NCBI GenBank assembly: GCA_964016885.1
Contig: OZ024756.1
Coordinates: forward strand, 22,258,001 to 22,322,000
Length of the DNA: 64,000 nt
Source of the DNA: Eledone cirrhosa
Lineage: Eukaryota
Reading direction: 5' to 3'
The notes beneath the pieces were generated by a model. It made no database searches, had not been told where the DNA came from, and saw only the letters and a program-made list of their open reading frames with translations. This document shows positions 41,941 to 55,125 of the stretch, one piece after another; the stretch's first letter is position 1, and the number at the start of each line of letters is the position of its first letter. A program made the translations under genes and the position numbers.

Positions 41941-44305
41941 AGTCACTTGCAGTCACTTGCAGTCACCTACAGTCATTTACAGTCACCTACAGTCACTTAC
42001 AGTCACCTACAGTCACCTACAGTCACTTGCAGTCACTTGCAGTCACCTACAGTCACTTACAGTCACTTACAGTCACTTACAGTCACTTACAGTCACCTAC
42101 AGTCACTTACAGTCACCTACAGTCACCTACAGTCACCTACAGTCACTTGCAGTCACCTACAGTCACTTACAGTCACTTACAGTCACTTACAGTCACTTAC
42201 AGTCACCTACAGTCACTTACAGTCACCTACAGTCACCTACAGTCACTTGCAGTCACTTGCAGTCACCTACAGTCACTTACAGTCACTTACAGTCACTTAC
42301 AGTCACCTACAGTCACTTACAGTCACCTACAGTCACCTACAGTCACTTGCAGTCACTTGCAGTCACCTACAGTCACTTACAGTCACTTACAGTCACTTAC
42401 AGTCACTTACAGTCACTTACAGTCACCTACAGTCACTTACAGTCACCTACAGTCACCTACAGTCACTTACAGTCACCTACAGTCACCTACAGTCACCTAC
42501 AGTCACTTACAGTCACCTACTTACAGTCACTTACAGTCACTTACAGTCACCTACAGTCACTTACAGTCACCTACAGTCACTTACAGTCACCTACAGTCAC
42601 TTACAGTCACCTACAGTCACCTACAGTCACTTACAGTCACCTACAGTCACCTACAGTCACTTGCAGTCACTTGCAGTCACCTACAGTCACTTACAGTCAC
42701 TTACAGTCACTTACCACTTACAGTCACTTACAGTCACTTACAGTCACCTACAGTCACCTACAGTCACCTACAGTCACTTACAGTCACCTACAGCCACCTA
42801 CAGTCACCTACAGTCACTTACAGTCACCTACTTACAGTCACTTACAGTCACTTACAGTCACCTACAGTCACTTACAGTCACCTACAGTCACTTACAGTCA
42901 CCTACAGTCACTTACAGTCACCTACAGTCACCTACAGTCACTTACAGTCACCTACAGTCACCTACAGTCACTTGCAGTCACTTGCAGTCACCTACAGTCA
43001 CTTACAGTCACTTACAGTCACTTACAGTCACTTACAGTCACTTATAGTCACCTACAGTCACCTACAGTCACCTACAGTCACTTACAGTCACCTACTTACA
43101 GTCACTTACAGTCACTTACAGTCACCTACAGTCACTTACAGTCACCTACAGTCACTTACAGTCACCTACAGTCACCTACAGTCACTTACAGTCACTTACA
43201 GTCACCTACAGTCACTTGCAGTCACTTGCAGTCACCTACAGTCACTTACAGTCACCTACAGTCACCTACAGTCACTTACAGTCACCTACAGTCACCTACA
43301 GTCACTTACAGTCACCTACTTACAGTCACTTACAGTCACTTACAGTCACTTACAGTCACTTACAGTCACTTACAGTCACCTACAGTCACTTACAGTCACT
43401 TACAGTCACCTACAGTCACTTACAGTCACTTACAGTCACCTACAGTCACCTACAGTCACTTACAGTCACTTACAGTCACTTACAGTCACTTACAGTCACT
43501 TACAGTCACCTACAGTCACCTACAGTCACCTACAGTCACCTACAGTCACTTACAGTCACTTACAGTCACTTACAGTCACCTACAGTCACTTACAGTCACC
43601 TACAGTCACTTACAGTCACTTACAGTCACTTACAGTCACCTACAGTCACTTACAGTCACCTACAGTCACTTGCAGTCACTTGCAGTCACCTACAGTCACT
43701 TACAGTCACCTACAGTCACCTACAGTCACTTACAGTCACCTACAGTCACCTACAGTCACTTACAGTCACCTACTTACAGTCACTTACAGTCACTTACAGT
43801 CACTTACAGTCACTTACAGTCACTTACAGTCACCTACAGTCACTTACAGTCACTTACAGTCACCTACAGTCACTTACAGTCACTTACAGTCACCTACAGT
43901 CACCTACAGTCACTTACAGTCACTTACAGTCACTTACAGTCACTTACAGTCACTTACAGTCACCTACAGTCACCTACAGTCACCTACAGTCACATACAGT
44001 CACTTACAGTCACTTACAGTCACTTACAGTCACCTACAGTCACTTACAGTCACCTACAGTCACTTACAGTCACTTACAGTCACTTACAGTCACCTACAGT
44101 CACTTACAGTCACTTACAGTCACTTACAGTCACCTACAGTCACTTACAGTCACTTACAGTCACCTACAGTCACTTACAGTCACTTACAGTCACTTACAGT
44201 CACTTACAGTCACCTACAGTCACTTACAGTCACCTACAGTCACCTACAGTCACTTACAGTCACCTACAGTCACTTACAGTCACCTACAGTCACTTACAGT
44301 CACCT
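41941..44305. repeat. 10-bp satellite (AGTCAC[T/C]T[A/G]C)n, about 236 units
   Basis: Direct inspection; three main variants and a few 4-nt slips. The long TVTYSHLQS ORFs are artefacts. Confidence 0.97.
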
Positions 44306-44398
44306 GTAAAAACAATGCATATCACTGCCGAAAAGGATAGAGGTCGTCAGTAATACATTTGGGATAATTGCTGGCCTTGTGCCAAAAGTAGAAACAAT

Positions 44399-44500
<102 letters not shown>

Positions 44501-44540
44501 GATATTAAATAAATGGAAACTATATTTATAAAACCATATT

Positions 44541-44606
44541 TATTTCATTATATATATTTCAGGGATATCATATTAAAAATATGGTATGCCTTCTTCAGAC
44601 AAAATA
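44541..44606 (-). ncRNA. Minimal type I hammerhead ribozyme (family B element 44500-44690)
   Basis: Minus strand: UAUUUUGU-CUGAAGA-[AGGCAUACCAUAUU uuu AAUAUGAUAUCCCU]-GAA-AUAUAUAU-A/AUGAAAUA. Core intact, 8-bp stem I, palindromic stem III. Confidence 0.7.
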
Positions 44607-44821
44607 CAATATAAACAGTCTTATAAATAGATAGATTTGACATACCTTTCAACTTCAACTTCCATTTAAAAAGTTGATTTGGTAGTATTAGTATATATAT
44701 ATATATATATATATGTAACGGCCCATTTGTGTGGTGGTCATTTTAACCGCTTGATTCATTCACCGGGCAGAAAGCGACACATCCACATCTACGTGGATTT
44801 ATATCTAGTAGGTTTGGAAAA

Positions 44822-44901
44822 GCTATCTGAAGAGCTATATCTTTCCATTTGAAATTCACTGAATTTCCAATCTTTTGATTAGCGAAACCGTCGGTCATGG
44901 C
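44822..44901 (+). ncRNA. Type I hammerhead ribozyme with extended stem II
   Basis: GCUAU-CUGAAGA-GCUA...UAGC-GAA-ACCG-U-CGGU-C/AUGGC. All conserved core nucleotides present, GUC cleavage triplet, and stem I GCUAU/AUGGC pairs. Confidence 0.75.
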
Positions 44902-44974
44902 ACTAGAAGAGGTAAATATTTAAATCGTATTTTAATTTATTCACAAGATTGTTTAATGTTTACTTGTTCCGCTC

Positions 44975-45021
<47 letters not shown>

Positions 45022-45029
45022 AATTAGTA

Positions 45030-45228
45030 TATCTATCAACATATATATACAGATACATACCTATGCTAGCAAATATATAGGTTTTGTCTTAGTAACTTTG
45101 TGGTTCAATGCAAGGGGATGCAGAACAATTATATGAAAGACGTAAAATAAGAACATTATAAAAAGTAAGTAAGTTAATTTAGTAAGTAAGTTAATTTTTA
45201 TAATTTTCTCATTTTACGTCTTTCATAT
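45030..45228. mobile_element. Family C tail-plus-hairpin element in (TA)n
   Basis: ATGCTAGCAAATA...TGAAAGACGTAAAAT / ATTTTACGTCTTTCA; homologues at 56735-56862 and 60117-60265. Confidence 0.65.
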
Positions 45229-45635
45229 ATATATATATATATATACAGAGAGACAGAGACGTGGGGAGAGAGAGGGTAGATATATAAGAAAATGAGGGTT
45301 TTTTTAAATGAAAAAAAAACGAGATGTCCTACACGAGTATACATAATATAAGGAAAATAAATCGAAACTGCAACTGGGTTCTTTTTAAGAATATTTATAT
45401 TTATATATATATATATATATATACTATTTACAAAAAAATATCAAAGAATCGATATATTAAAAAATCTGTAAATATATGACCGCTGGGTGACGTATCGTTG
45501 GCTAAAACGTGTTTGAAAACGCATTGATTTTTTTGGTGTTTTTCCTAAATAGTATATGACAGCTTACAACCTTCCGTTAAAGTTTCATTACTCAACTTAA
45601 AAACAATATTATTATTATCAATACACCTTATTTCT

Positions 45636-45718
<83 letters not shown>

Positions 45719-45814
45719 CAGTTGATCGACTTTCGTCGAATCAGACCGAGGAATCAATGTTTACATTGGTCTTTCTAATTGCTAATACTATCTATTGGTT
45801 GCAACTCCAGGTAA

Positions 45815-45922
45815 AACGAGCAACGTGAAATAAAGTGTCTTGCTCAAGGACATAACGCATAGCACGGTCCGGGAACTCACAACCTCACGATTGCGAATCC
45901 AATTATCTTACCACTAAGCCAC
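45815..45922 (-). mobile_element. Second tRNA-derived SINE family (CORE/V-type central domain), 5' part
   Basis: Minus strand CGTGGCTTAGTGG (A box) ... GAGTTC ... TGTCCTTGAGCAAGACACTTTATTTCAC. Confidence 0.65.
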
Positions 45923-45937
45923 GAGAGAGAGAATGGG

Positions 45938-46009
<72 letters not shown>

Positions 46010-46017
46010 GAGAGAGA

Positions 46018-46048
<31 letters not shown>

Positions 46049-46254
46049 TTGCCAGATAAATAGACTTTCTATCTACGCACCAAATGTCCATTACCTCGGC
46101 GATATATATTCAATGTGCTTGATGGTCAGAACTTCTCACGTATCGTAAGGTAGAGCTTTAAATTTGCCAGTATATATATGTGTAATATATATCAATACAC
46201 ACACACACCAGAGAGAGAGAGAGAGAGAAGGAGATAGTGAGAGATAGTGGGAGA

Positions 46255-46645
46255 GAGAGAGATGGTGGAAGAGATACTGGAAGAGAGAGATAGTGGAAGA
46301 GAGAGAGATAGTGGAAGAGAGAGATAGTGGAAGAGAGAGATAGTGGAAGAGAGAGATAGTGGAAAAGATAGATAGTGGAAAAGATAGATAGTGGAAGAGA
46401 GAGATAGTGGAAGAGAGAGATAGTGGAAGAGAGAGAGATAGTGGAAGAGAGAGATAGTGGAAGAGAGAGATAGTGGAAGAGAGAGATAGTGGAAGAGAGA
46501 GATAGTGGAAAAGAGAGATAGTGGAAGAGAGAGATAGTGGAAGAGAGAGATAGTGGAAAAGAGAGATAGTGGAAAAGAGAGATAGTGGAAGAGAGAGATA
46601 GTGGAAGAGAGAGATAGTGGAAGAGAGTGATAGTGGAAGAGAGAG
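46255..46645. repeat. 16-bp purine minisatellite (GAGAGATAGTGGAAGA)n
   Basis: About 24 copies visible. Confidence 0.9.
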
Positions 46646-47267
46646 AGGGACATAGAGAGAGAGAGACAGTCAGAAAAGAGAGATAGTCAGAGAGAGAAAG
46701 AGAGAAAGAGACAGAGAGAGAAAGAAACAGAGATAAAAAAACAGAGTGAAAGAAACAGAGAGAAAACGACAGAGAGAAAGAGACAGAGAGAAGGGAGACA
46801 GAGAGAAGGGAGACAGAGAGAGGGGAGACATAGAGAAAGAGAGAGAGAAAGAGACAGAGAGAAAGCGACATAGAGAAAGAGACAGAGAGAGTGAATGCGA
46901 TTAAGTGAGTGTCAGTGTGTCCATCCTCTACAGACAAGCAGATTATATGTCAATGTAAAACGATCAATTACTATCCAAGTTTGTTGCTATTACTTTTCAA
47001 TTTCTAAATGTTTTTTGTCATTGACTTCAGTGATACGCTACAAGACGTTGGCACAAGAATCTCCAATATTTGTCCAATTTCGTTTCTTATTTCCAAGTTT
47101 ATTTCAATCCCGGTATTCCTTTTTCATTCGTAAGCAGGAAAAATATTTGTGTTTCGGCGATTTGCTGCACACATACCTGCATACACACCAACCATATCTG
47201 CATACGCACATACGTATATTTACAATTTACACACCTGCAGAAGTGTATATATATATATATATATATA

Positions 47268-47447
47268 TAGGAAAAAGTATGACCCCGACGGCAGAGCTCA
47301 AGCCGTTCCGACGGCTATTTCTGTATGACCCCGACTGAGCTCTGCCGTCGGTGTCATACTTTTTCCTATTTCCCACTCTACTACCCTAAGCGTTGAGTAC
47401 TCTGGTGCGTTATGGTCCATCTGGTTCCTTACCACAATTCCTTTGTT
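47268..47447 (+). mobile_element. Family A palindromic mini-element
   Basis: TAGGAAAAAGTATGACCCCGACGG arm, its inverse and the tail; (TA)n flanks. Confidence 0.8.
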
Positions 47448-48026
47448 ATATATATATATAGACACAAATATACATTTACATATATATACATATAAATAAA
47501 CCTATATATATATATATATATACATATATATACCTATACATACATATAAATACACCTACACATACATATAAAGGTACCTATATATATTTTTACATACACC
47601 TATACATACATATAAATATACCTATATATATACATATACCTATATATACATATACCTATATATACATATAAATATACCTATACATATAACTATATATATA
47701 TTATACATATAACTATATATATATACATATAACTATATATATATACATATAACTATATATATATACATATAACTATATATATATACATATAACTATATAT
47801 ATATATACATATAACTATATATATATACACATAACTATATATATATATATACACATAACTATATATATATATATATATACACATAACTATATATATATAT
47901 ACACATAACTATATATATATATACACATAACTATATATATATACACATAACTATATATATATATATATACACATAACTATATATATATACATATAACTAT
48001 ATATATATATATATAATAATAATATA

Positions 48027-48269
48027 TAAGATCAAAAGATGTTTAAAAGAGTTCTATGTATTTTAATATGCGCATTTCAAAAACAAATATCGTCATGCAA
48101 TAAAATTTGCGTTTTCGTCAGATAAAATAGGGAGACATGACATGAAGGTTAAAACACACTTGTGAATAGTGCAGTTTTAAATCAACATACTATTATTGCA
48201 TGATGATATTTGTTTTTGAAATGCGCATAATAAAATACATGGAACTCTTTTAACCATCTTTTGATCTTA
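48027..48269. mobile_element. Inverted-repeat element with hammerhead-like motif in both arms
   Basis: ~77-bp arms 48027-48103 and 48193-48269; TGATGA-TATTTGTTTTT-GAA-ATGCGCAT-A. Confidence 0.6.
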
Positions 48270-48459
48270 TATATTATTATTATATATATATATATAGTTA
48301 TATGTATATATATATAGTTATGTGTATATATATATATATATATAGTTATGTGTATACAAACTGTTGAGTGCTACTTATCCGATAACTGCATTGCTTTATT
48401 GTACTACAATAAAACTCACCTCCTACATATATATATATATACATACAAAAACAGACACG

Positions 48460-48539
<80 letters not shown>

Positions 48540-48933
48540 AGTGTGTGCGCGTATGTGTGTATGTTGCCGTTTGGAAGTGTACACGTATATGTAAACGCAA
48601 TATATATTCATACACCTATTCAAATATACCTACATTGACATTAGTATATATTGTTAGTTCTGATTCTCTGAGTATATACTGTGCTTCACTGTTCGTGATT
48701 TTGATTCAAATTGACAATTCCATAGCATCACAGTTATAGGTCGATATCCTTCATCGATCAATTTCTTTCATTTCCACCCAATTAGTACAGTCATTTTGTC
48801 AATCAATATCGCACGAAGCAGCGTGTGAAAGGAAAATAATTATGAAAACATAGATCAACATACACATACACACATTTATATGCGTGTGTGTATATATATT
48901 GTTATACTTGGGAAGGGTCATATTGTTGTAATA

Positions 48934-49241
48934 TTTGTTTCTACTATTGGTACAAGGCCAGCAATTACTCAGTGTATTACTGGTACTTTATTTTATCGAC
49001 CCCGTAAGGATGAAAGGCAAAGTTAACCTCGGCGGGATTTGAACTCAAAATAATTGTTTCTACTTTTGGCACAAGGCCAGCAATTACTCAGTGTATTACT
49101 GGTACTTTATTCTATCGACCACGTAAGGATGAAAGGCAAAGTTAACCTCGGCGGGATTTGAACTCAGAATGGCAAGGGCCGTAACTCTATGAATCAAAGC
49201 ATGGCGTCCGACCCCCTACCGATACTGCCAATCCACCACCC
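48934..49241 (-). mobile_element. S1 SINE with duplicated 3' half, inserted in a family D element
   Basis: TSD CATATTGTT(G/A)TAATA at 48919-48933 and 49243-49257; the flanks rejoin into a sequence homologous, in inverted orientation, to 57154-57244. Confidence 0.8.
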
Positions 49242-49382
49242 GCATATTGTTATAATAATATTGCCAGAAATAATAAAGGAACACACTCACTGTTTGGTTG
49301 GTTTTCGCTCTGTATCTTTTATATCTACAGAGCTAATTCATTTGGCAATCAATGTTTATCACTGACTGACCAACAGTCAAAA

Positions 49383-49530
49383 ATACACATATAAATACAT
49401 GTATAAATACATGTATAAATACATGTATAAATACATGTATAAATACATGTATAAATACATGTATAAATACATGTACAAATACATGTATAAATACAGATAT
49501 AAATACAGATATAAATACAGATATAAATAC
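49383..49530. repeat. 12-bp minisatellite (ATAAATACATGT)n
   Basis: About 12 copies. Confidence 0.9.
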
Positions 49531-49633
49531 ATATATATATAGTCCAACAAAGTTCTTTCGTTGCACATCTGCAACATCAGATGTTTCGACCCACGATTTC
49601 ATATCAGAAACCTTGCAAAACAATATATATATA

Positions 49634-49870
49634 TATATTAATAAGACGAATTCCAACTTTGTCTGATTTACTCGTTTTATTTACAATCCTTTAAAATATA
49701 TAATGGTATTATAATGAAATAGTATGATAGAATATTAAATTCTATCATACTATTTCATTATAATACCATTATATATTTTAAAGGATTGTAAATAAAGTGA
49801 GTAAATCAGACAAAGTTGGAATTCCTCTTATTAATATAATCTTCTATACACAATCATACACACCCGTGTA
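49634..49870. mobile_element. ~200-bp near-perfect palindrome plus tail in (TA)n
   Basis: Arms about 49634-49733 and 49739-49838, 5-nt loop, about 3 mismatches. Confidence 0.75.
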
Positions 49871-49886
49871 TATTTACCTATCTATA

Positions 49887-49945
<59 letters not shown>

Positions 49946-49948
<3 letters not shown>

Positions 49949-50122
49949 ATATTAATAAATGGAAACTATATTTATAAAACCATATTTATTTTATTATACA
50001 TATTTCAAGGGCAACCAAGGCAAATTATGGTGCGCTTTCATCTGATAAAATACAGATTTGTTTTATAAATAAATATTGAAATACCCGGAAAAAAGACAAC
50101 CTTAACGGTTGGAGCTTCCTGG
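49946..50122 (-). mobile_element. Family B element with mutated hammerhead (CAGAUGA core)
   Basis: Homologous to the 44500 and 57265 copies; stem I and GAAA retained, U4 changed to A. Confidence 0.65.
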
Positions 50123-50136
50123 ATATATATATATGT

Positions 50137-50297
50137 AAGGGCGGGGTTGGTGAGACCTGACCTCAGATGGCTAAAGCTCACAGAGGAGATAACGAAGGGC
50201 CCTGACAAGTAGAAAGATGCTGTGCTGAATAGGACCCGTGCCATCCTTGCCAGGAAGGAAAAGCGGACGGAAAATGATGATGACGATGATGATGATT
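50137..50297 (+). mobile_element. RTE-type LINE 3' end
   Basis: DLRWLKLTEEITKGPDK*KDAV (DL...DRxxW-like), followed by GGAAAAGCGGACG and a (GAT)n tail. Confidence 0.55.
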
Positions 50298-50601
50298 ATA
50301 TTTATATATATAGCATTTGATTTGTATATATATACACATATATAATATATGAACATGTAAATATATTTGATTTATATATGTATATATATATATATATACA
50401 GTTATACGTACACATGGGGAAATACACACACGAGCACATACATACATGGGTGGGTGGGACGGTAGATGGTTCTACAGATATATAAGTAGAATGGATGAGA
50501 ATCAGAGACAGGAAAGAGAGACAGAAAGAGCGGATGAATATGAGAAAATGAAATGGAAAGAAAGCAAAATGACAGCGTATTGTTAAACACTACATGCCTA
50601 G

Positions 50602-50646
<45 letters not shown>

Positions 50647-50751
50647 CACATTTACATATATATGTGCATATACACATAAATGCATATATTTATACATTTA
50701 AACATACGTAGATACATATACATACACACACACATACGTACGTTTACAGAC

Positions 50752-50816
<65 letters not shown>

Positions 50817-50862
50817 TATATACACACACACAAATTTATATATTAGCATATATATATATATA

Positions 50863-51058
50863 TAGGAACGAGTAGGACCCCGACGGCTGAGCTCAAGCCA
50901 CCTCGACGGCCAATTCCGGCCAGTCCAGAATTGGCCGTCGAGGCGGCTTGAGCTCAGCCGTTGAGGTCCTACTCGTTCCTATTACCCACTCTACTAGCCT
51001 AAGTATTGAGTACTTTGGTGCGTTATGGTCCACCTGGTTCCTTACCACATTTCCTTCG

Positions 51059-51060
<2 letters not shown>
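50863..51060 (+). mobile_element. Family A palindromic mini-element
   Basis: Arms TAGGAACGAGTAGGACCCCGACGG and inverse, with tail ending TTCCTTCGTT(AT)n. Confidence 0.8.
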
Positions 51061-51107
<47 letters not shown>

Positions 51108-51732
51108 AATAAAAACAACCCACAGAGCAGAAACTGATTGAAAATAGCATAATCTTCCTCAATACGTTTCACAATAGGAAAGTAACAGTGACCGTAATAC
51201 CTCTATAATACATTTCGCCGTGAGAATATATATAAAACGCAAGTACGAATTTCTTTTATTAAAAAGCAAAGTCATTGCATTAAAGCTAGGCGAAACAATT
51301 CCATTCACAGCATTTTACAACATTAAACAAAAGACATACCGGGCTAAACTGTGTAGCTTCATTGTTATGTAATTATGTCAGATGTAGAGAAAATTTCTTC
51401 CAGAATTGGCGATTTAATTTAATTCTTCCAATTATTGGCGAACTTAGATGTTTTTCTTTGTCTTTCATTGAAATAACAATAGAAACACAATTTCCGTTTA
51501 TGATGCAGCACAATAAGATTTTATAAAGGCTGAACATTGCAGTGTTTATGGTTGCACACATATTTACTATCATGCAGTTATATTACACATGTACATATAT
51601 ATTTACATAATTATATCCATATATGTATGTATATATATATATATATAAGTGTCTCAAAAAATGTATACACACTTCAACAGCATTCTTAGAAAAATTGCCT
51701 GTACAGGTAATCAGAGTGTGTATATATTTTTT

Positions 51733-51774
<42 letters not shown>

Positions 51775-51884
51775 TGTGTATATAAATACATATACATACA
51801 TGTATGTGTGTATATATATATATATATATACAGAAATATATTTATATATATACAGAAATATGTATACATAGATGTGTCTGTGTG

Positions 51885-51988
<104 letters not shown>

Positions 51989-52467
51989 AGTGTATATGTT
52001 TCTTTATCTTTGATAAGTAGCATTTACTCCAATACGCATGAATCAATAACACAGTAGGGTATGTTAACTATTTAGTCAGATATACAGTATAACAATGATG
52101 TCAAGTGTATGGGGCAATAACTCGTCGCATGATGAGTGGTTACTTGCAGCGTTTCGAAGTCACAGTCACGTTGGTTTTAAATATTGATTTATTTCTAGAT
52201 ATGGACATAGAAAAATACATACAGAGTTGAGTGGCAGAGAGTGGAAAATTATGAGAGACATATACGCATGACCTTGTCCCATAACAAAAGTAAAGGAAAG
52301 TAAGCTATTTTATTTCTAATTTTAAATGAGTATACCAGGAACATAGATAGGAATAGAATAAGCTAGCCTAATTACGATATGCGGTAATTAATCCTTACAT
52401 ATGTTGAACATTTTCAATGACAATATATTGTTCAAAATATTGAATTCTTCTTAATGAAATTTACGCT

Positions 52468-52569
<102 letters not shown>

Positions 52570-52764
52570 GAGAGAGAGAGAGAGACATACATATATATAT
52601 AGAAATACATACATATATATATATTGATGTATATACATACAAATATATATATATATAGATATACATACAAATATATATAGATATACATATATACATATAT
52701 ATATATACATATATACATATATATATATATATACATACAAATATATGTATATATATATATATGT

Positions 52765-53357
52765 ATGTGGTGGCTGCCAACTCGTTTTCGAGTACGGCCA
52801 CTACTTTATATCCATGTAGGAGAACCCCTACCGATGCGCTAAACAAGTGTGACTTTTTAGTCCAGCCAGCGACTTGAAAACTCCGGTACAAACACTACAC
52901 CTGTGACAATTATTGACACACAGTGCTGGGCCCATGGTACCATGTGACGACAAGTGCAGAGAGATCTCCAGATACAAAGCAATGCCTGTGCCGTGAAGCC
53001 TTTATAGTGAGCAAAGGCACTGCACAAAGCCAGTCCCACTCTCTTAACCAAGATGATATTTACCAAAAAGAAGAACAAGTCAACATCATTGGATACCATC
53101 AGGGTTGCAGGTGTTATATCAGAGTTTTCCTTCTCCTAGAATTCTGCCTTGACAAAGGTTAAGGGGTCATCTCTCCCGGTGATTTTGGATGGCCATTGAC
53201 TCTTAAGAGCTCCTTTGCCCTTTGACAGGTTTTTTTCTAGTCCTGCAGGATGTCCAAAGTCACCCTCCTCACCAAGAAACCTTGGTGGGGTTGCCAGTTT
53301 AGTCGCCAACGACCCGACCATGGGACAGGTTGTACTGGAATACATGTTACCAGTAAC
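52765..53357 (-). mobile_element. Probable RTE-clade LINE 5' UTR fragment
   Basis: Minus strand carries GGCAGAATTCTAGGAGAAGGAAAACTCTGATATAACACC, resembling the RTE 5' UTR motif GGCAACCAGTCTAGGAGAAGGAAAACTCTG; GC-richer island between TA tracts. Confidence 0.5.
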
Positions 53358-53924
53358 ACATACTTGACATAGTATATATATATACATATATATATATACA
53401 TACATTTATATATATACATACATTTATATATATACATATATATATATACATATATATATATTTATACATATGTATACATGTATATATATATATATGTACA
53501 TATATATATATATATACACACACATATATATAGAGAGAGAATGGGGAACAGAAACAGGGAGTGATAGATCGGTGTGTGTGTGTTTGTCTGAATCTATTTA
53601 TCAATGCTTATGTGTCTGTTTGTGTGTTAATTAGCGAAGCCATTAACGCAGCTTGATTCAGACAATTTATTCAGAAACACGCTGTGATAGTGCTGTCGCT
53701 AATTAAAAATAACTAGTCAAGCTTGTAGTAATTGTAAATAGGATTCTATTTGAAATATCTATAACGTTTTCATGTCTTTTATAACATAATAATCTGAGTA
53801 ACCCTTTAAACATTATATAATACATATAATGAACCACGAAGCAGTGGAGAAAAGTGCACTATTGCAGATAATATATTATACCTTCCGAAACAAACCAAAA
53901 GTATTGCTACGTTAAAAGCATATT

Positions 53925-54315
53925 CTCCAGCGGCAAACTGATGCAGTCTGCGACTAACCCAGGCTTGGCTGCACTTCCGGCCGAGCATGATAAACTCTCC
54001 AAATATTGGTCGCTCTCCGATAGGTTTGCCGTCGAGTCCGTAGCAGTGGAGACATCTGGTGTGGTGTGCTTGGCCCTAGGACTAGCTCCCTACTCACCAT
54101 CATCGGCATGTAGTTGGCTACCAGCAAGTGTGAGCCTCGCGAGCTTGAATGGATCTTCCAGCGCGTCTCCCTCAACATCCTTCGATGAAACCCCTTCTCT
54201 ATCCTGTCTGCCGGGGCGGGGCCAGACCTTGGGCCCCCGTTTGCTCTTAACAGTGTGTTATGGGGAGAGTAAAAGTGGGAGTTTGGTTCCTTTGTATTCG
54301 GACCTGGTGTATTTG
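53925..54315 (+). mobile_element. CRE-clade LINE 3' end (frameshifted RLE domain and UTR)
   Basis: QSATNPGLAALPAEHDKLSKYWSLSDRFAVESVAVETSGV, then ELEWIFQRVSLNILR. Confidence 0.85.
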
Positions 54316-54536
54316 TATACGTTTCACGGACACATACTCACACTGATGCAATTTAATTTAATATGTTAAAACTTATTTAAAATAGAAAATCGTTCAACAG
54401 CGTCCCTTCTCTCATACACAGCCTTGGCCATTAAAGCTACACCTACTAACCCCAGCATGTGAGAAACCCTTCGCACCAGAGACCTATAAATGGAGGATCC
54501 TTGACGACGCATTATCAAAGGCGGGCTACTGAAATA

Positions 54537-54723
54537 CGAGGGTGGCTTTAAAACTTCATAGGCTGACTATGAAGCAATAACGCTAGGTCTGTGAAATCTT
54601 GCATGCATTTAATTCAACTCTTATTATCAATAATTGCTTTGTTTGTTTTCCAGGGACTATATTGAAAAACATTATTTCATGAGAGTATCTTGGTCAGCCT
54701 ATAAAGGTTTCAGCTGAATCTCT
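54537..54723. mobile_element. Tc1/mariner-type MITE
   Basis: TA-CGAGGGTGGCT...CATAGGCTGAC and GTCAGCCTATAAAGGTTTCAGC TIRs; homologous to 4928-5125. Confidence 0.7.
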
Positions 54724-54994
54724 TATATATGCTATCATTTCTCTCATAATAGAACGCAACATCTAAATAAACGTGAACAAAAACAATAAATATAACCCAG
54801 CCATGACCCACCACGTGAATTAGAATTACTCAGCTACACAATGAGTAATAATTTGTAACCGTTTAACAATAGATCATACATATATTAACAAACAAAACAG
54901 TGCAGACAAAACCAAAACTTAATGGAGACAAAATATACATTTTACAAGAATATATTTTACATATATTAAACATAACCTTAATAAATACACAAAC

Positions 54995-55033
<39 letters not shown>

Positions 55034-55125
55034 CTTACACATGGATACATTTACAGATAAGTAGATACACATACATGTGTATCTACTTATGTGTGTGTAT
55101 ATATATATATATAGAGAGAGAGAGA

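Noticed and set aside
41877-44353. 800-aa ORFs (TVTYSHLQS repeats)
   Set aside because: All three + frames are open because the 10-bp unit has no stop codon; this is a satellite artefact.
46158-46937. 259-aa ORF (SSTISLFHYLSLPL repeats)
   Set aside because: 16-bp minisatellite artefact.
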